Shown piece by piece: positions 1 through 13,732 of a stretch of DNA of 64,000 bases (within the stretch, counting starts at the first letter, position 1; each line of letters begins with the position of its first letter). The notes beneath the pieces are model-generated. The model did not search any database. It was not told the origin of the DNA and saw only the letters and a program-made list of their open reading frames with translations. The translations under genes were made by a program, and so were the position numbers. The DNA comes from Eledone cirrhosa (lineage: Eukaryota), in NCBI GenBank assembly GCA_964016885.1, contig OZ024747.1:25916001-25980000 (forward strand), in the 5' to 3' direction.

Positions 1-162
1 TGTATGTATGTATGTATGTATACATATATATATGTATGTATATATATGTATAATATATATGTATTATATATATATGTATGAATGTATATATATATGTATA
101 ATATATATGTATTATATATATATATGTATGCATGTATATATATATGTATGCATGTATATATA

Positions 163-226
<64 letters not shown>

Positions 227-335
227 TGTGTGTTCGTGTGTTTATACCAACACGCGCACACATATATTTATATATTTAATTGTATATGTTTGTGTCTGCG
301 TGTGGATATGAGTGTATATGCATGTGTATATTATT
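1..335. repeat. Compound (TA)/(TATG)/(TG) microsatellite
   Basis: Direct reading; the overlapping ORFs are only Y/I/C/V low-complexity translations. Confidence 0.95.
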
Positions 336-689
336 TTATTTACACGCCAATTGCATAAAAATACATACAGAGACACAGCTGTAAGCGCAGTTGTTATCTA
401 ACTGAATGGAACATTTGGCAGCTATTTGAATAAAAATCATGTGTTGTCTTCCTCTCGCTCGCAGCGGTGGTATGTGATTCAATATAGATAAAACGTAAGA
501 AAACAAAGCATGGTATATACATAGCAAAACATAAAAAAGAAACATAACAAAACAAACCATATGCCTAAAAAAAACAACTAAAAACAAACAAAAATATATA
601 AATCAGGTAAAACAAAAACAAATGTGTCAAACAATATTTTGAATAAAGAATAAAAAAGACAAAATAAAACAGACAACAAATGAATATGA

Positions 690-1046
690 AAACAACTTCT
701 TCTTTCATCCCGAGAATACCATGGGGGAAGAGTCCCCAAACAAGCCTTCCAGCGGGTCCAACTGATCCGGCTAGATTCCCAAGCGAGACCAGCCAAGATA
801 TTGCGGAAAGAGCTGTCTCACAAACGGCGACCACACCTGTTCACTTGGAGATGCCGTAACCTTAGCGCATGTTTGTGCACCATCAGCCACGGAATGTCCA
901 GCTATCCGCATAGAGGGTGTTGGCAGAAGATGGATCACCCTACCCGTGGAACCTATCCTTTCCACAAAACATTGAAGAGCAGGCTCTCCAATTTGATGAG
1001 GTCCTGACCGGGGCAGGGCAAGACGAACTTTCAGTGATAGAAACAT
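690..1046 (-). mobile_element. Degenerate, internally deleted Tx1-type LINE fragment (post-RT region)
   Basis: Frames give ...HKHALRLRHL and VWSPFVRQLFPQ, matching RKHTLRLRHL...VWSPFARHIFPQ of the element at 16909-18135. Confidence 0.7.
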
Positions 1047-1360
1047 TAAACATGGGATACAAGAGAAATATATAGAAACAGTGCTCTATAAAAAATTACA
1101 CAAACAACTTCATAGTATGACAGTTGAAGTTGCAGAGCAACGAAGATGGGTTTGGTTAAATAAAGGAACACTGAAAAACGAAACTAAGAGTACGACCCTT
1201 GAGCTCAGTCTCAAGCTCTGGTCACTAACTGTTGGGTTCACTAAAGAAACGAATAAGTATCTCCGTTGTGCAGAGTGTGTAATGAGTGCAACGAAACAAT
1301 ATATATATTGTTTGTGAATGTTTTAAATATACACACAATCAATATAAGCCATGGGGACAG
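1047..1360 (+). mobile_element. Old R4/Dong-type LINE fragment
   Basis: WVWLNKGTLKNET and CRVCNECNETI resemble WNWLRRGDLKKATE and CRICGEREETV of the intact element at 43718-47110. Confidence 0.65.
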
Positions 1361-1364
1361 ACCT

Positions 1365-1640
1365 ATCAACGACAACACCAACAGCAGCAACTACAACGGC
1401 AGCAACAACAACAGTAACAACTACAACTACAACAGCAGCAGCAACAGCAGCAATAACAACCGCAAGAATAACAACATCAATAAAAACAACAACAACAGTA
1501 ACAACTACAACTACAACAGCAGCAGCAAGAACAGCAGCAACAGCAGCAACAACAGCAATAACAACCGCAAGAATAACAACAACATCAATAAAAACAACAA
1601 CAACAGTAACAACAACAACGTAAACAAAAACAACAGCGAT
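1365..1640. repeat. Degenerate (AAC/AGC)n repeat with internal duplicated blocks
   Basis: Direct reading. Confidence 0.9.
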
Positions 1641-1739
1641 TCCAGATACCAATAATGAAAACATTTAAAGCAGTCTTTGAGGTCGTCCTTGAGTGGCCGT
1701 GCCGCCTCATCCGGCCATTTTCACTTCTTTTATCAGTTT

Positions 1740-1871
1740 CTACAACTACAAGATAAAAGCAAAAGCAATGTTATAAAACCAGTTAACAAAGGATGACAGA
1801 CGTAGTATAACCGTTCCAATTTGTAACCGGAAGTTGGTTGTAGAGTAAACCGGAAACTGGAATATACCCTC
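1740..1871 (-). other. Weak candidate host exon (strong 3' splice acceptor)
   Basis: Minus strand TTTTTTGTTTCTCTCTTCCACTTGCTTCTTTAAACTTTCAG|AGGG followed by non-repetitive sequence; no recognisable protein. Confidence 0.2.
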
Positions 1872-2146
1872 TGAAAGTTTAAAGAAGCAAGTGGAAGAGA
1901 GAAACAAAAAAGCATTTGAATGCAATTAGCGAAGATATCGAATGTATTGTGTGCATGTGTCTGTATGTTTATGTGTGTGTGTGTATGTCTGTGTGTGTAT
2001 GTCTGTGTGTGTAGCTGTGTGTAGTATGGAATGTACGATATATAGAGTTTTACTAAGGCCTTGCAACAGGGTTACTCAAACAGGAGGTATTTGGTTCCCA
2101 GGGAAGGAATTTTAACCAAAGGAGGAATTATGGAGGAATGTGACAA

Positions 2147-2320
2147 CAGCGCATCTCCCTTACCATCCTCCGGGGAAATTCCTTCTCCGTTCTGTCCGCC
2201 AGGGCTGTGGGGCGGCCAACACGTGGGACTCCATTTGCTCACAATACAGAGAGATGGGGAGGGCGAGAGAGATGGGGGCGATGATGGTGGCAGTTCGGCT
2301 CTTCCGTGTTCGGACACATT
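2147..2320 (+). mobile_element. CRE-clade-like LINE 3' fragment, copy 1
   Basis: Encodes QRISLTILRGNSFSV, the QRxSxxIxRGNA C-terminal signature of CRE-type RLE LINEs; homologous to 8903-9100 and 31188-31380. Confidence 0.7.
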
Positions 2321-2490
2321 GCAACTGTCAAGAGTGTATATCGATGTACTTATAATGGAGGAATGTTAGAGAAGGAATCCAAACTGGGAAAGAATACGGT
2401 ATATTGTGTATATCAAATGTAATAGCAACATAATGGGTGAATACGGATTAACAGTTCACACACACACTCACACACACACACACACAGACG

Positions 2491-2560
<70 letters not shown>

Positions 2561-3155
2561 TGTTAAAAATATAGTTCTCGCTGTCAAAGGGATAACACTG
2601 AAAAGCCCAGTAGAGAGCACAGATAGATTGCTACGGCCCTCGCTGGCGTCCCCTGCAATTAACCCCTCCTTTGACACCCAGTAAATCCGGCCCTGGGGTC
2701 TATAAAATAAACTACAACTCAAGTACAGGTTCGATGCATTCGACTGTTCCGCTTCCTCGTCACAAATTGTCGGCCTTGTGCCTAAAGCAGAAAAGGATAA
2801 TTATTTTGTAACAAACCGAGCCCCAATGGTCTCTTAATATTCATGCAATCCACACACAGCAGCGGGCACCATAAGTAAATAAATGTCTGCAATCGTATGT
2901 AATTGTTAAGTTATTTTTATTTTTATATTGTGTATGTATTTTATATACTACTATTAACCATAAAAAGCTGCGTACCTATTCACAAATTGTTATCTTGCAT
3001 TTCGCTTTCAGCAATACACATAGTAGTTACGTCATTGGAGTTTCTAACCAATCAGAAAGCAGATTGAAGAATACTAAAAAAAAAGGAAACAAACAGAAAG
3101 TAAATAAAATGTCAACTTCAATAACAACACGATGATGATAATGATTATTATAGTA

Positions 3156-3205
<50 letters not shown>

Positions 3206-3744
3206 TAAATGAATAAATAATGGAAAGAAAGAAAGAAGGAAGGAATACTCGATAAAAGCATTAAAATAACTCTTAAGTTAAGAAATAGAAACCTAAAATA
3301 AAACAAATTAAAAACAAGACAAATTACGGTCTATTTCACACAAGAACACACAACAGACGCCGACACACGTATATGAAGAATATACCGAGCACACATCTAT
3401 CTATCTATATATATATACGTATGTATGTGTGTGTGTGTATGTTTGCGTGTATGTATGAGAGTGTGTATGTATATATATATATATATATACATATATTCGA
3501 GTATATGTATGTATATATGTCTTATACTGAAAATAGCAAAGTAGTGTAACTTTTTCAACCAAATGACTACATGTTTTAACGGTCATATATATAAACACAT
3601 TCTCTCACACACAGATACACGCACACGTACACATATATATATACACACATATACATATACGTACGTTCACTTAAAGAAACATTTCGCAAGCACACATAAA
3701 CGCATGCGCCCACCAGCCATTGTTGTATTATGCCACTAAATATT

Positions 3745-3957
3745 GGTTTCTGATCTAGGCACAAGGCCAACAATTTTGGGGGTGGGGGTAAGTCAATTAA
3801 ATCCACCACAGTGTATTACTGGTACTTTATTTTATCGACCCCGTAAGGATGAAAGGCAAAACTAACCTCGCAGGATCTGAATTTCGATCGTCAAGCGGCG
3901 GAACCCTATGCCAAAAAGCATGCTATCCGACGCTCTACCGATGCTGCCAATCCACCT
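3745..3957 (-). mobile_element. tRNA-derived SINE, ATT-tailed family
   Basis: Reverse complement contains ...TTTGCCTTTCATCCTTACGGGGTCGATAAATAAAGTACCAG...GGCCTTGTGCCT, as in the copy at 33661. Confidence 0.8.
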
Positions 3958-4429
3958 CACTTATCTATATATATAAATTTGAACGGCTTTCGTCCGTTCG
4001 TCCGTCCCACAATGTGTGTGTGTGTTTGTGTGAATGTAGGTGTTTGTAAAAGGAAGGAACGGGATGGTGAAAAAACTATAGTTAAACAGCAGTTGGCGCT
4101 CCATTAAATGGAGTCCATTTGCTACGCTTTGTATGAGTGTAAGTGTCTGTGTGCGTTTGTGTAAATGAATGTGTGTGTTTGTGTGAATGTATGTGTGTGT
4201 TTGTGTGAATGTATGTGTGTGTTTGTGTGAATATGTGTATTTGTGTGAATGCATGTCTGTGAGTGTGTATTTTTGTAAGTGCGTCTGTGTTTGCGCGTTT
4301 ATATTTATATACTCATACATATAAATGTATACAGATGTATATGCACACGCATAGATAAATATACACATACGACGTGTCAGCGTGTTGAAAAAAATACTAG
4401 TGCCACTAAATATCATAAGGTATGAAGCG

Positions 4430-4730
4430 GGATCTCTGTCGGTTACTACAGCAAGTGTACCAACTGTTTGATTAGCGGAACATCATGCTTGTGAAATTTC
4501 TGTGCAAATAGCTGAGCATTCGACAGAGATATGTACCCTTAATAGAATTCTGAGGGGACTTGCAGTGACATATGTGACATGGCTGTTCTTTAAATTACAC
4601 GCTTATCATATTTTTTTCCAATTGAGTTGACTGGAACAACGTGGAATAAAATAACACACTCATTAAGACCACTTGCTCCTCGGAATCGAACACACGATCT
4701 TGCGATTGTGAATCGAACACCCTAAACACT
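4430..4730 (-). mobile_element. tRNA-derived CORE-like SINE (second family), degenerate
   Basis: Head GTGTTTAGGGTGTTCGATTCACAATCGCAAGATCGTGTGTTCGATTCC, similar to the copies at 28138 and 12680. Confidence 0.6.
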
Positions 4731-5458
4731 AAAGTAAAATATAATATAATTAAGAAGAAAAGAAAAAAAAATTATATGAAAAACACAACACACATACATG
4801 TTTACAGTCACACATGCACACACTCGCACTAATGAGCGCGCGCATACACATGTGCAGGATATCGGTCACCAGCGTAGCGTATCACCGAATATTTCGAGCC
4901 TGTCAGCCTCGACTCAGGAGATGATTGGCGCCTAGACGAGCTAACCCTCTTCCCGCCATTGAGACGCTCCACCTTACGACAGGCATGTCAAACATGCAGC
5001 CCTTTACAAGCACACCTGTAGTCCACACAAAGGTTTTTACAGCGCGAGCATGTTTTATCTTCGTATTATAAAATTTAAAAAAATTAGTTGTAATGTGCGC
5101 GATTAGTTGTCGTGTGTGGCCCTCAGACAACATATATGTGACCCACGTAGCCCTTGGGGGACCCTCAGTTTGACATACCTGCCTTACGACACTTTCTTTG
5201 ATGTCAACTTCATCGCTTCGACCAGAAACCCGGTCGCCACCACCCACAACGCAGATAATCGAAAGATTAATAAATCCAGGCATTGGCTGATTGTTTCCTC
5301 TTCATGTGCCAGTCGCCATCTAGACCTTCGGTGTCCTCGGTCTCTGGGAATATAACCCAATACGGGAACTTTTGAGACCTCCGGTGTCTTGGCTCCTTCA
5401 ACTGCCATTTTCCTCTGCCAATTCGGGGGGAGGTTATCACCACACCTGATATGGAATT

Positions 5459-5575
5459 AATAATTGTTTCTACTTTTGGCACAAGGTCAGCAATTATCCC
5501 AGAGCATTACTGGTACTTTATTTTAGCGACCCCGTAAGGATGAAAGGTGAAGTTAACCTCGGCGGGATTTGAACT
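5459..5575 (-). mobile_element. 5'-truncated ATT-family SINE
   Basis: GTTCAAATCCCGCCGAGGTTAAC...GACCTTGTGCCAAAAGTAGAAACAATTATT on the minus strand. Confidence 0.85.
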
Positions 5576-5927
5576 GCGGCACTGCTTTCGCCATCTTCTC
5601 CGCAGAGCGCAGCTGAAATATACCACCCAAGCAAGAGGGAATGGCTGATGTAGTGGGTATAGCTGGTTGCTCTCCACAGCAATGATTTTACCTTTTTGTC
5701 TGTGGGGCGCAGCTGAGACGTAGCGCCCATGCAAGGAAGGAGGCCACAATGTAGAATGGCTGGTGCAGTGGGTATCACTGACTGCTCTTCGCAGAAAGTT
5801 TTCGCCATCTTGTCCTAGTGATGCAACTGATATATACCGTCCAACCAAGGGCAGCATAAGTTTAAGTTTTCCTCATTTCTCTACCCCCTTTTTCTTTTAT
5901 CTATTGACTGTTACCTATTTATTTTCT

Positions 5928-6220
5928 AAACAACAACAATAACAACAAGAACAACAACAGTATTAACAACAGCAACAGCTACAACTCCGAAAAACATCAA
6001 AAACAACAATAACAACAACCCCAACGACGACAACAACATCAATAACAACAACATACACAACAACGCAACAATACCAACAACAATTTCAACAACATCAAAA
6101 ACAATAACAACTTCGATTACGACAACAAAAACAACTTCAACAACGTTAACAACAATAATAACAGCTACGTCGACAACAACAATAACAGCAACAACAACAA
6201 TAACAACAACAACATTAAAG
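5928..6220. repeat. Degenerate (AAC)n repeat
   Basis: Direct reading. Confidence 0.9.
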
Positions 6221-6349
6221 ACACATATCTCCACCAAATTGGTAGACGTCTTTGATGCTATCAGTTGTTATTTCAGCAGAAATAAAACCTGCTTTTCCTG
6301 AGTGTTAAATGAAGTGGATAGTGGTTTTGTGGAAACGTTGAATTTCTGC

Positions 6350-6384
6350 CTGTGTATGTATGTATGTATGTATGTATGTATGTA

Positions 6385-6415
<31 letters not shown>

Positions 6416-6476
6416 ATGTATGTATGTATGTATGTATGTATGTATGTATGTATGTATGTATGTATGTATGTGTGTA

Positions 6477-6509
<33 letters not shown>

Positions 6510-6718
6510 ATGTATGTATGTATGTATGTATGTATGTATGTATGTATGTATGTATGTGTGTGTGTATGTATGCATGTGTCTATATTTATGTATGTATGTA
6601 TGCATGTGTATATGTATGTATGTGTATATGTATGTATGTATGCGTACGTCTATGTATGTGTGTATGTACGTACGTAGGCACGTATATATGTATGAATGTA
6701 TGTATATGTGTACGTCTT

Positions 6719-6780
<62 letters not shown>

Positions 6781-6923
6781 CACCTCTCGCTCTCTCTCCA
6801 CCCCCTCTCTCTCTCTCTCTATATATATATATATCTATCTATATATATATATATATATATCTATATATATATATATCTATATATATATATATATATCTAT
6901 ATATATATATATATATATATCTA

Positions 6924-6992
<69 letters not shown>

Positions 6993-7345
6993 ATATCTAT
7001 ATATATATATATCTATATCTATATATCTCTATATCTATATATATATATCTATATCTATATATCTCTATATATATATCTATATATATATATCTATATATCT
7101 ATATATATATCTATATATCTATATATATATCTATATATCTATATATATATATAGATATATCTATATATCTATATATATATCTATATATCTATATATATAT
7201 CTATATATCTATATATCTATATATCTATATCTATATATATATATATATATATATATATCTATATATATATATATCTATATATCTATCTATCTATATATAT
7301 ATATATCTATATATCTATCTATCTATATATATATATATCTATATA

Positions 7346-7404
<59 letters not shown>

Positions 7405-7417
7405 ATCTATCTATCTA

Positions 7418-7462
<45 letters not shown>

Positions 7463-7560
7463 ATATCTATATATATATATATCTATATATATATCTATAT
7501 ATATATATATCTATATATATATCTATATATATATATATATACACACGTGTGTATGTGTGT
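6350..7560. repeat. 1.2-kb compound microsatellite (TATG)n-(TC)n-(TA/TATC)n
   Basis: Direct reading; explains the spurious 400-aa ORFs. Confidence 0.97.
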
Positions 7561-7699
7561 ATATGACTGTCTGTGAAGGTGATGTCAACTACATCGTTGC
7601 TACCGGCCATGGTTCTGTTTCTCCCTGACACCATGATTAATCTCCAACGCCATTAATACGGATAATAAATTCAATTTTATTTCTATCTGATGTCTATGT

Positions 7700-7965
7700 G
7701 GCGGTGGTAGTAGTAGTAGTGGTGGTAGTGGTAGTGGTAGTGGTAGTAGTGGTAGTGGTGGTGGTGGTAGTGGTGGTAGTGGTAGTAGTAGTAGTAGTAG
7801 TGGTAGTGGTAGTAGTAGTAGTGGTAGTGATAGTAGTGGTGGTAGTGGTAGTAGTAGTAGTAGTAGTAGCAGCAGTAGTAGTAGTGGTGGTGGTAGTAGT
7901 AGTGGTAGTAGCAGCAGTAGTAGTAGTAGTAGTGGTAGTAGTAGTAGTAGTAGTAGTAGTAGTAA
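7700..7965. repeat. (GTA/GTG)n microsatellite
   Basis: Direct reading. Confidence 0.97.
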
Positions 7966-8619
7966 TAAAGTAACAGAGGAACAAAAGGAAGAAAAACAAG
8001 AACAGCGATAACAAAATCAAGAATAACAAATAAATAACGACACTAGAACATCAACATCAACAATATACATACAAACATTTTTTAAAAATATATAGATTAA
8101 ATGAAGATTATAATAAACCAACAAATCGAGGGTTGGTGCTAGTAGTCATGTGATTTTTTTTTGTAGTTAAATAGGTGGCACTATTTACTAGCTAGCTGTT
8201 CGCTTGGTCTCATAATTTCTCCTCTTATCTGACATTTATATTACCGTCTGTTCTCAAAGATTTCTTAAGCCTCTTTAGAGTCGTTAAGTTTCCTTTTCTG
8301 TTTTTGTTTTCGTCATTTTACTCTGATGAATTTTTTTCTCATACTGCCTCATATAGCTGTGAGTGGATAAACTAATACAAAAGACTTTAGGTGGATAGCA
8401 TTTAAAAATATATAAATAAATACTTAAACAAGAAACAATAAGCTGTAACAAAACAAATATATATAAAATAAAAGCAGGAGTACTAGAAAAATACGCAACT
8501 TGTATTAATTTACTAGAACTATCATTATGCAACGAAATTGTGTTATGATGATATAAAATCAGTAGACTTCTACTTATTTAATTTGATCAAAGAAACACTA
8601 AAATAGCTTACAGCATACT

Positions 8620-8790
8620 GTTGTAGACGCAGCATGACCAAGTGTTTAAGGGGTTTGTTTCGCAGTCATTACGGCACTAGTTGGATCCCACTGTGTGGCT
8701 CTTCGGCAAGTGTCATTTACCATAATCACGAGTCGATCCATGTCTTGTGAGTGAAACTAGGGAGATGGAAAGTATTCGTAAGTCCATCGG
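8620..8790 (+). mobile_element. Degenerate CORE-like SINE
   Basis: GCAGCATGACCAAGTGTTTAAGGGG...CTTCGGCAAGTGTC resembles the tRNA head plus CORE-like segment. Confidence 0.45.
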
Positions 8791-8902
8791 ATGGACATTA
8801 ACATATAAACAGAAATTTCATTTGATATATACACAATGTACTCTATTGAATCTATACATAAACAGACTCATTAACTGCTTAATGAACACAACTACAAGGA
8901 TA

Positions 8903-9100
8903 TGGTCCGAACGTGGAAGAGCCGAACCCCCACTGTCATCGTCTCCATCTCTCTTGCGCTCCCCATCTCTTCGTATGGTTAGCAAATGGGGTCCCACGTG
9001 CTGGCCTCCCCACAGCCCCGGCGGACAGAAAGGAGAAGGCGTTTCCTCGGAGGATAGTAAGGGAGATGCGCTGGAAGGACCAGTTTTTTCACATACGGTG
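8903..9100 (-). mobile_element. CRE-clade-like LINE 3' fragment, copy 2
   Basis: Homologous to 2147-2320; minus frame FQRISLTILRGNAFS. Confidence 0.7.
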
Positions 9101-9334
9101 GACAGGGATCTGTTGACATACTGACAAGAAAAATGTAAAAAATATTTGATTATATACCAGTTAAGTTCTAGAACAAACCCCTGTCTCAGGTATAGATAGA
9201 ATGATGAGGATTTATTTTGATTAGATACAACGCCATAAGGTTACAAATTTCTAGGAATGAGGTAACAGAATATTCTGTTAGAAATGGGATTTTATTCTTT
9301 TTTAAATGTCGCCCTTGACAGGCATTATATTGCC

Positions 9335-9625
9335 TCATGACATAGTGTCTGACACAATGTCTGACATGAAGTTTGACACAATGTCTGACATAATGTCTGA
9401 CACAATGCCTGACATAATGTCTGACACAATGCCTGACAGGATGTCTGATATGATGTCTGACAGAATGTCTGCCATGATGTCTGACATAATGTCTAACACA
9501 ATATCTGACATATGTGACATGATGTCTGATAAGATGTCTAACCCAATGTGTATGATGTCTGACATAAAGTCTGATATAATGCCTGACATGATGTCTGATA
9601 TCATATCAAACATTAAGTAAGACAT
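9335..9625. repeat. 12-bp minisatellite (ATGTCTGACAYR)n, about 24 units
   Basis: Direct reading; MSDI/MSDT period-4 translation on both strands. Confidence 0.9.
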
Positions 9626-10283
9626 TAACGTGTAAGTGGTTGCACATTCAACAGAGGCGTCTGACCTTAACGTAATTCTTATAGAGATTAAGCCTCACAC
9701 TGTTTGTAACAAGGCTGGCCCTATGAACTACAAGCACAATCTAACCGTTGGGCTTCCAAATAGTTTCCGCCTCCCTAATTTCAATCACAATGCCCGAGGC
9801 TTTGGCAAATAACACTTACCCAAGACACTACTCAGTGGGATCGAACTCGGGACCTAATGATTGCAAAGAGAATCTCTTAACCATTCAGTAATACAGCGTC
9901 AACGGAGTGGGAGAAAATACCAAGGTTTGCTTGCTTGTTAGTTGATATGGTTAAATTTTGAACTGTAAGCAATGGCATGTTATTCTTGATTAGCAGCGCT
10001 GCTTTTCTAAATATAAAACATTCATGGCAGGATGTTTGTCCTGGAACGTATTAGCTACATCGATTACTAATTGAAAAACCATCAATGGAATTCCGTTTTT
10101 GTTCATTTATTATCACTTTTATATTAAGCATTCAAGAAATAGCTTATCTATGCATATAAATCACAATGTCTGTCGGAGTTTCTGGTCAGGGCTACTGCTG
10201 ATATGTCAGTCACAAGAAGTTACCTATCCCGCCCCACTTTCTCTCTTTATACATATATACACATATATATCATATATACATAT

Positions 10284-10315
<32 letters not shown>

Positions 10316-10477
10316 ACAAAGAAAGAGTGGTAAGGAACCAGGTGGACCATAACGCACCAGAGTACTCGATACTTAGGGTAGTAGAGTGGGTAATAGGAAA
10401 AGAGTCAGGATCCCGACGGCCGAGCTCCGGCCGTTTCGACAGCTAGATCTGATAGATATATGAATGTATATATATAT

Positions 10478-10598
<121 letters not shown>

Positions 10599-10689
10599 AT
10601 ACACACACACACACACACATATATATATATGTATAATTAGTTACGACAGTGACATATACAAGTATTCAAGTTTCGTTGGGTTATACACA

Positions 10690-10920
10690 CCAACTCATTC
10701 GGAAGGTCGTGAGTTTGATTCTCAGAACACGTTATGTCCTTGAACAGGATACGATATTTTACGTTATTCCAGTCCATTCTACAAGGAAAATTAAAAGGTC
10801 CAGCTATGTCACATAGCGTCAAACTACTTCTCTGTCGGAACTACATTAAGTGTACACGTGTCTGAGGAATGTTCAACCACTTCCACGTTAATTCCACGTG
10901 CAGGCTATTCCATTGCATCA
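10690..10920 (-). mobile_element. Degenerate CORE-like SINE body
   Basis: Shares GTCCTTGA.CA.GA, CCAGTCCA and GTGTCTGAGGAATGTTCAACCACTT..ACGTTAATT segments with 12680-12950; orientation is uncertain. Confidence 0.45.
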
Positions 10921-11310
10921 TCAATGCTACAATGTACTAGACCTATTCATTTCGATAAACTTTTGGCAAAGAATACTGGCGACAGAAGTGACATTAATTT
11001 GTTTATAAAATGATCACAATTTATTTCATGTTTTGTATTTTAGTGTCGCTTATAAAGATAACATCTCACCTGAAAGAAAAATTAAAAACAAAACCGAAAT
11101 ATTCATATATTTCATTCTATTAAAACACTGTATAGTTATAACACCTATTATCTTTCTAGCGTTAAATTTTTAGCATTCATTAAAATCCTTTAATTAATCA
11201 ATTATTTCCAATGGAATTAAAACTTGTTTTTCTTTCGTGTATTTGCGTTCCCAAATTTGAAATAAATGAGAAAAGGTTATTTTACTGATTACAATCATCA
11301 GTATTAACTC

Positions 11311-11399
11311 TCAAAGTCTCTGTCTCTTTCTGAAACATCTGGTGTCCTTGATCTCCGAACCATCTCCCTTCTCACTGTGGTTTGGACAGAGATGGTCAT
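11311..11399 (-). CDS. Candidate terminal coding exon of an unknown host gene
   Basis: Pyrimidine-rich acceptor ...CTGTTCTTGCAG| then a phase-1 frame xDHLCPNHSEKGDGSEIKDTRCFRKRQRL*, followed by AT-rich UTR-like sequence; no homology recognised. Confidence 0.25.
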
Positions 11400-11494
11400 C
11401 TGCAAGAACAGCCCATAAGAATGAAGCCGATTTCTTATAGAAAAGGAGAGAAAGAATATTAAAGAGGAAGTGCGAAAGAGATATAGGGGAAACA

Positions 11495-11652
11495 CCGACC
11501 CAGCACTAGACAGATGTTTTATTTACTGACTTCGAAAAGATGAAAGTCATAACTGAGCTCTGCGGTATTTGAACTGAGAGAACAGAGCGCCAGATCGAAT
11601 GCCACGAAGCATTCTATCCAACATTCTAACATCTCTGTCAATTCGCCGCCCC
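11495..11652 (-). mobile_element. Degenerate ATT-family SINE
   Basis: GGGGCGGCGAATTGACAGA...CAGTTCAAATACCGC...ACTTTCATCTTTTCGAAGTCAGTAAAATAAAA on the minus strand. Confidence 0.6.
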
Positions 11653-12023
11653 CATGTATAATTTAGAGAAGTAAGTTATATCTATTGTCTTTTAGTACTC
11701 AACATCGAATGGTATTATTATGGCAGCCATTACAGTGATTTCCTAACACAAAATACGATTGTATTGTATAATTTAAATAATTACCTATCATTTGTTTTTA
11801 TATGTAAACATGTATTTTTCTGTTCTATACTAATTTAGAGGAATACATTATTCAAATTATACACATGCATACATATAAATATGTGAGTGGTGACACTGTT
11901 AAAGAGTACGTGCTTCAGAGATCAGTTCAAATGTGCGGCAACTTGGACAAGTATCTGCTACTAAAACCTCGTGTTGACCAACAACAAGTCTGAAATCTGT
12001 TCGATGGTGGTTGCCAATACTCG

Positions 12024-12156
<133 letters not shown>

Positions 12157-12252
12157 GGAATTGTAACGTTCAGTTACTGTAGGTTCACCACATGATGCGT
12201 AGTTTCCAGTAAGTATAGAGATGTAATACTAAGCAGAGTGTAATAATAATAA

Positions 12253-12384
12253 TAAAAAGGACGATTTGTTGTCTTCATTTATTAAGTAGTGACACACGTT
12301 TCGCTATCGATCAGCTCAAGGTTCGATCTGTAGCTCGTCACTACTCAATAGACGTAATGAAGACATAACAAAACGTCCTTTTTA
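12253..12384 (-). repeat. Imperfect 130-bp hairpin enclosing a hammerhead-like motif with a defective core
   Basis: Arms AAAAAGGACGATTTGTTGTCTTCATT / AATGAAGACATAACAAAACGTCCTTTTT; inner minus strand TATTGAGTAG-TGACGA-GCTA..TAGC-GAAA-CGTGTG-TC-ACTACTTAATA. Confidence 0.6.
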
Positions 12385-12617
12385 ATATTATATATATATA
12401 ATTTTCTTTTTTATATATATATATCGATTATTTTTCTTTACTTGGACTACCTTTATTTTCTGTATCTCCTTTGTGATCCTGTCTCTATTTTTGTACTCTT
12501 GAAGAAGGACTTAAGCCCGACACGTCGAACTTTCTTTCCTCTTCTCCTTTCCATATAGAACGTGAAACTAATAAAACTTTTTGTACATCTGTTGTTGTTC
12601 CATTGAACTATATACAC

Positions 12618-12677
<60 letters not shown>

Positions 12678-12679
12678 TG

Positions 12680-12950
12680 ATAGCGTATGGTTTGGTGCTT
12701 AGGGTGTTCAGCTCACTATCGTATGGTTCAATCCCTGGTGTCGCGTTCTGGCCTTCGGCAAGGCATTTTATTTCAAGTTGCTCTAGTCCACTGGGTTTTA
12801 AAACAATGAGATATACCTCTAATTCAAAGAGCCATTCTCGTCAAACACTGTCCCACGTGTCTGTGGAATATTCAGCCACTTGCACGTTAATTTCACGAGT
12901 TGACTGCTCTGTTGTTGGAATAATCGGAACACTTGATGTCGAAAATAACA
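12680..12950 (+). mobile_element. tRNA-derived CORE-like SINE
   Basis: A-box-like TGGTTTGGTGC, B-box GGTTCAATCCC, then CCTTCGGCAAGGCATTTTATTTC. Confidence 0.65.
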
Positions 12951-13632
12951 GAAGTCACTCCACTGCACCACATAGATACAGAGTGTCCCCCCAACATATA
13001 TACACACCTTGATTACCTGTACAAGCAATATTTATTAGAATGGTGTATACATGTTTTGGGCCACCCTGAATATGTATATATTTATATATAGTAATAATAA
13101 TAAATGTGAAGACTAAAATGCAAAGAGGGCTCGATATATATATATATTTCCATGCAGACGCACATATACTTATGTGCGAATATATATGTTTACGTACTAT
13201 TACGTATATGCGTGAGTTTGTGTATGTGTATGTTTATGTATTTGGATATTTATTTATTAATCCCCCCCCCCCCCCCCTCAATTTTTGCCCTTATTTTATT
13301 TCAGCCTATACTCTGTTTTCAAATCCATATTACTACTTCATAAATAAATATTTCTTCCGATGAATTTAGACAGACATAAATATATGTCTTCAAGAAACCA
13401 CTGGTAAATGAAATAATTATCTTATGTTGTTTATTACATAACTGAAAAGCTCTGTAGCGTACATAGAACACTCTCTTTTCTTTTACCTTTCCTACAGAAA
13501 CCTATATATATATATAACATATAGAAATGGCTTCTACAGGACTAGAACTGTTTCATTCGGGAGAAATCATCATACTCTGCTATGTATTGAGTACCTTACC
13601 TACTGTGGTTAACCCCGATTGAGCTCGGGATA

Positions 13633-13696
<64 letters not shown>

Positions 13697-13701
13697 TTTC
13701 C

Positions 13702-13732
<31 letters not shown>

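Noticed and set aside
4880-5860. GC-richer segments as host coding exons
   Set aside because: No coherent ORF or splice sites; faint resemblance to decayed Tx1 but too weak to call
6302-7576. Long ORFs (424 aa, 404 aa) and the many similar MYVC/YIYI/THTH/VVVV ORFs
   Set aside because: Stop-free translations of microsatellites with no protein features
8903-9100. GC-rich triplicated segment as a novel ncRNA or host exon
   Set aside because: Explained by the CRE-type C-terminal QRISxxILRGN signature
9306-9625. MSDI-repeat protein ORFs on both strands
   Set aside because: A 12-bp minisatellite gives open frames trivially; no splice or coding evidence
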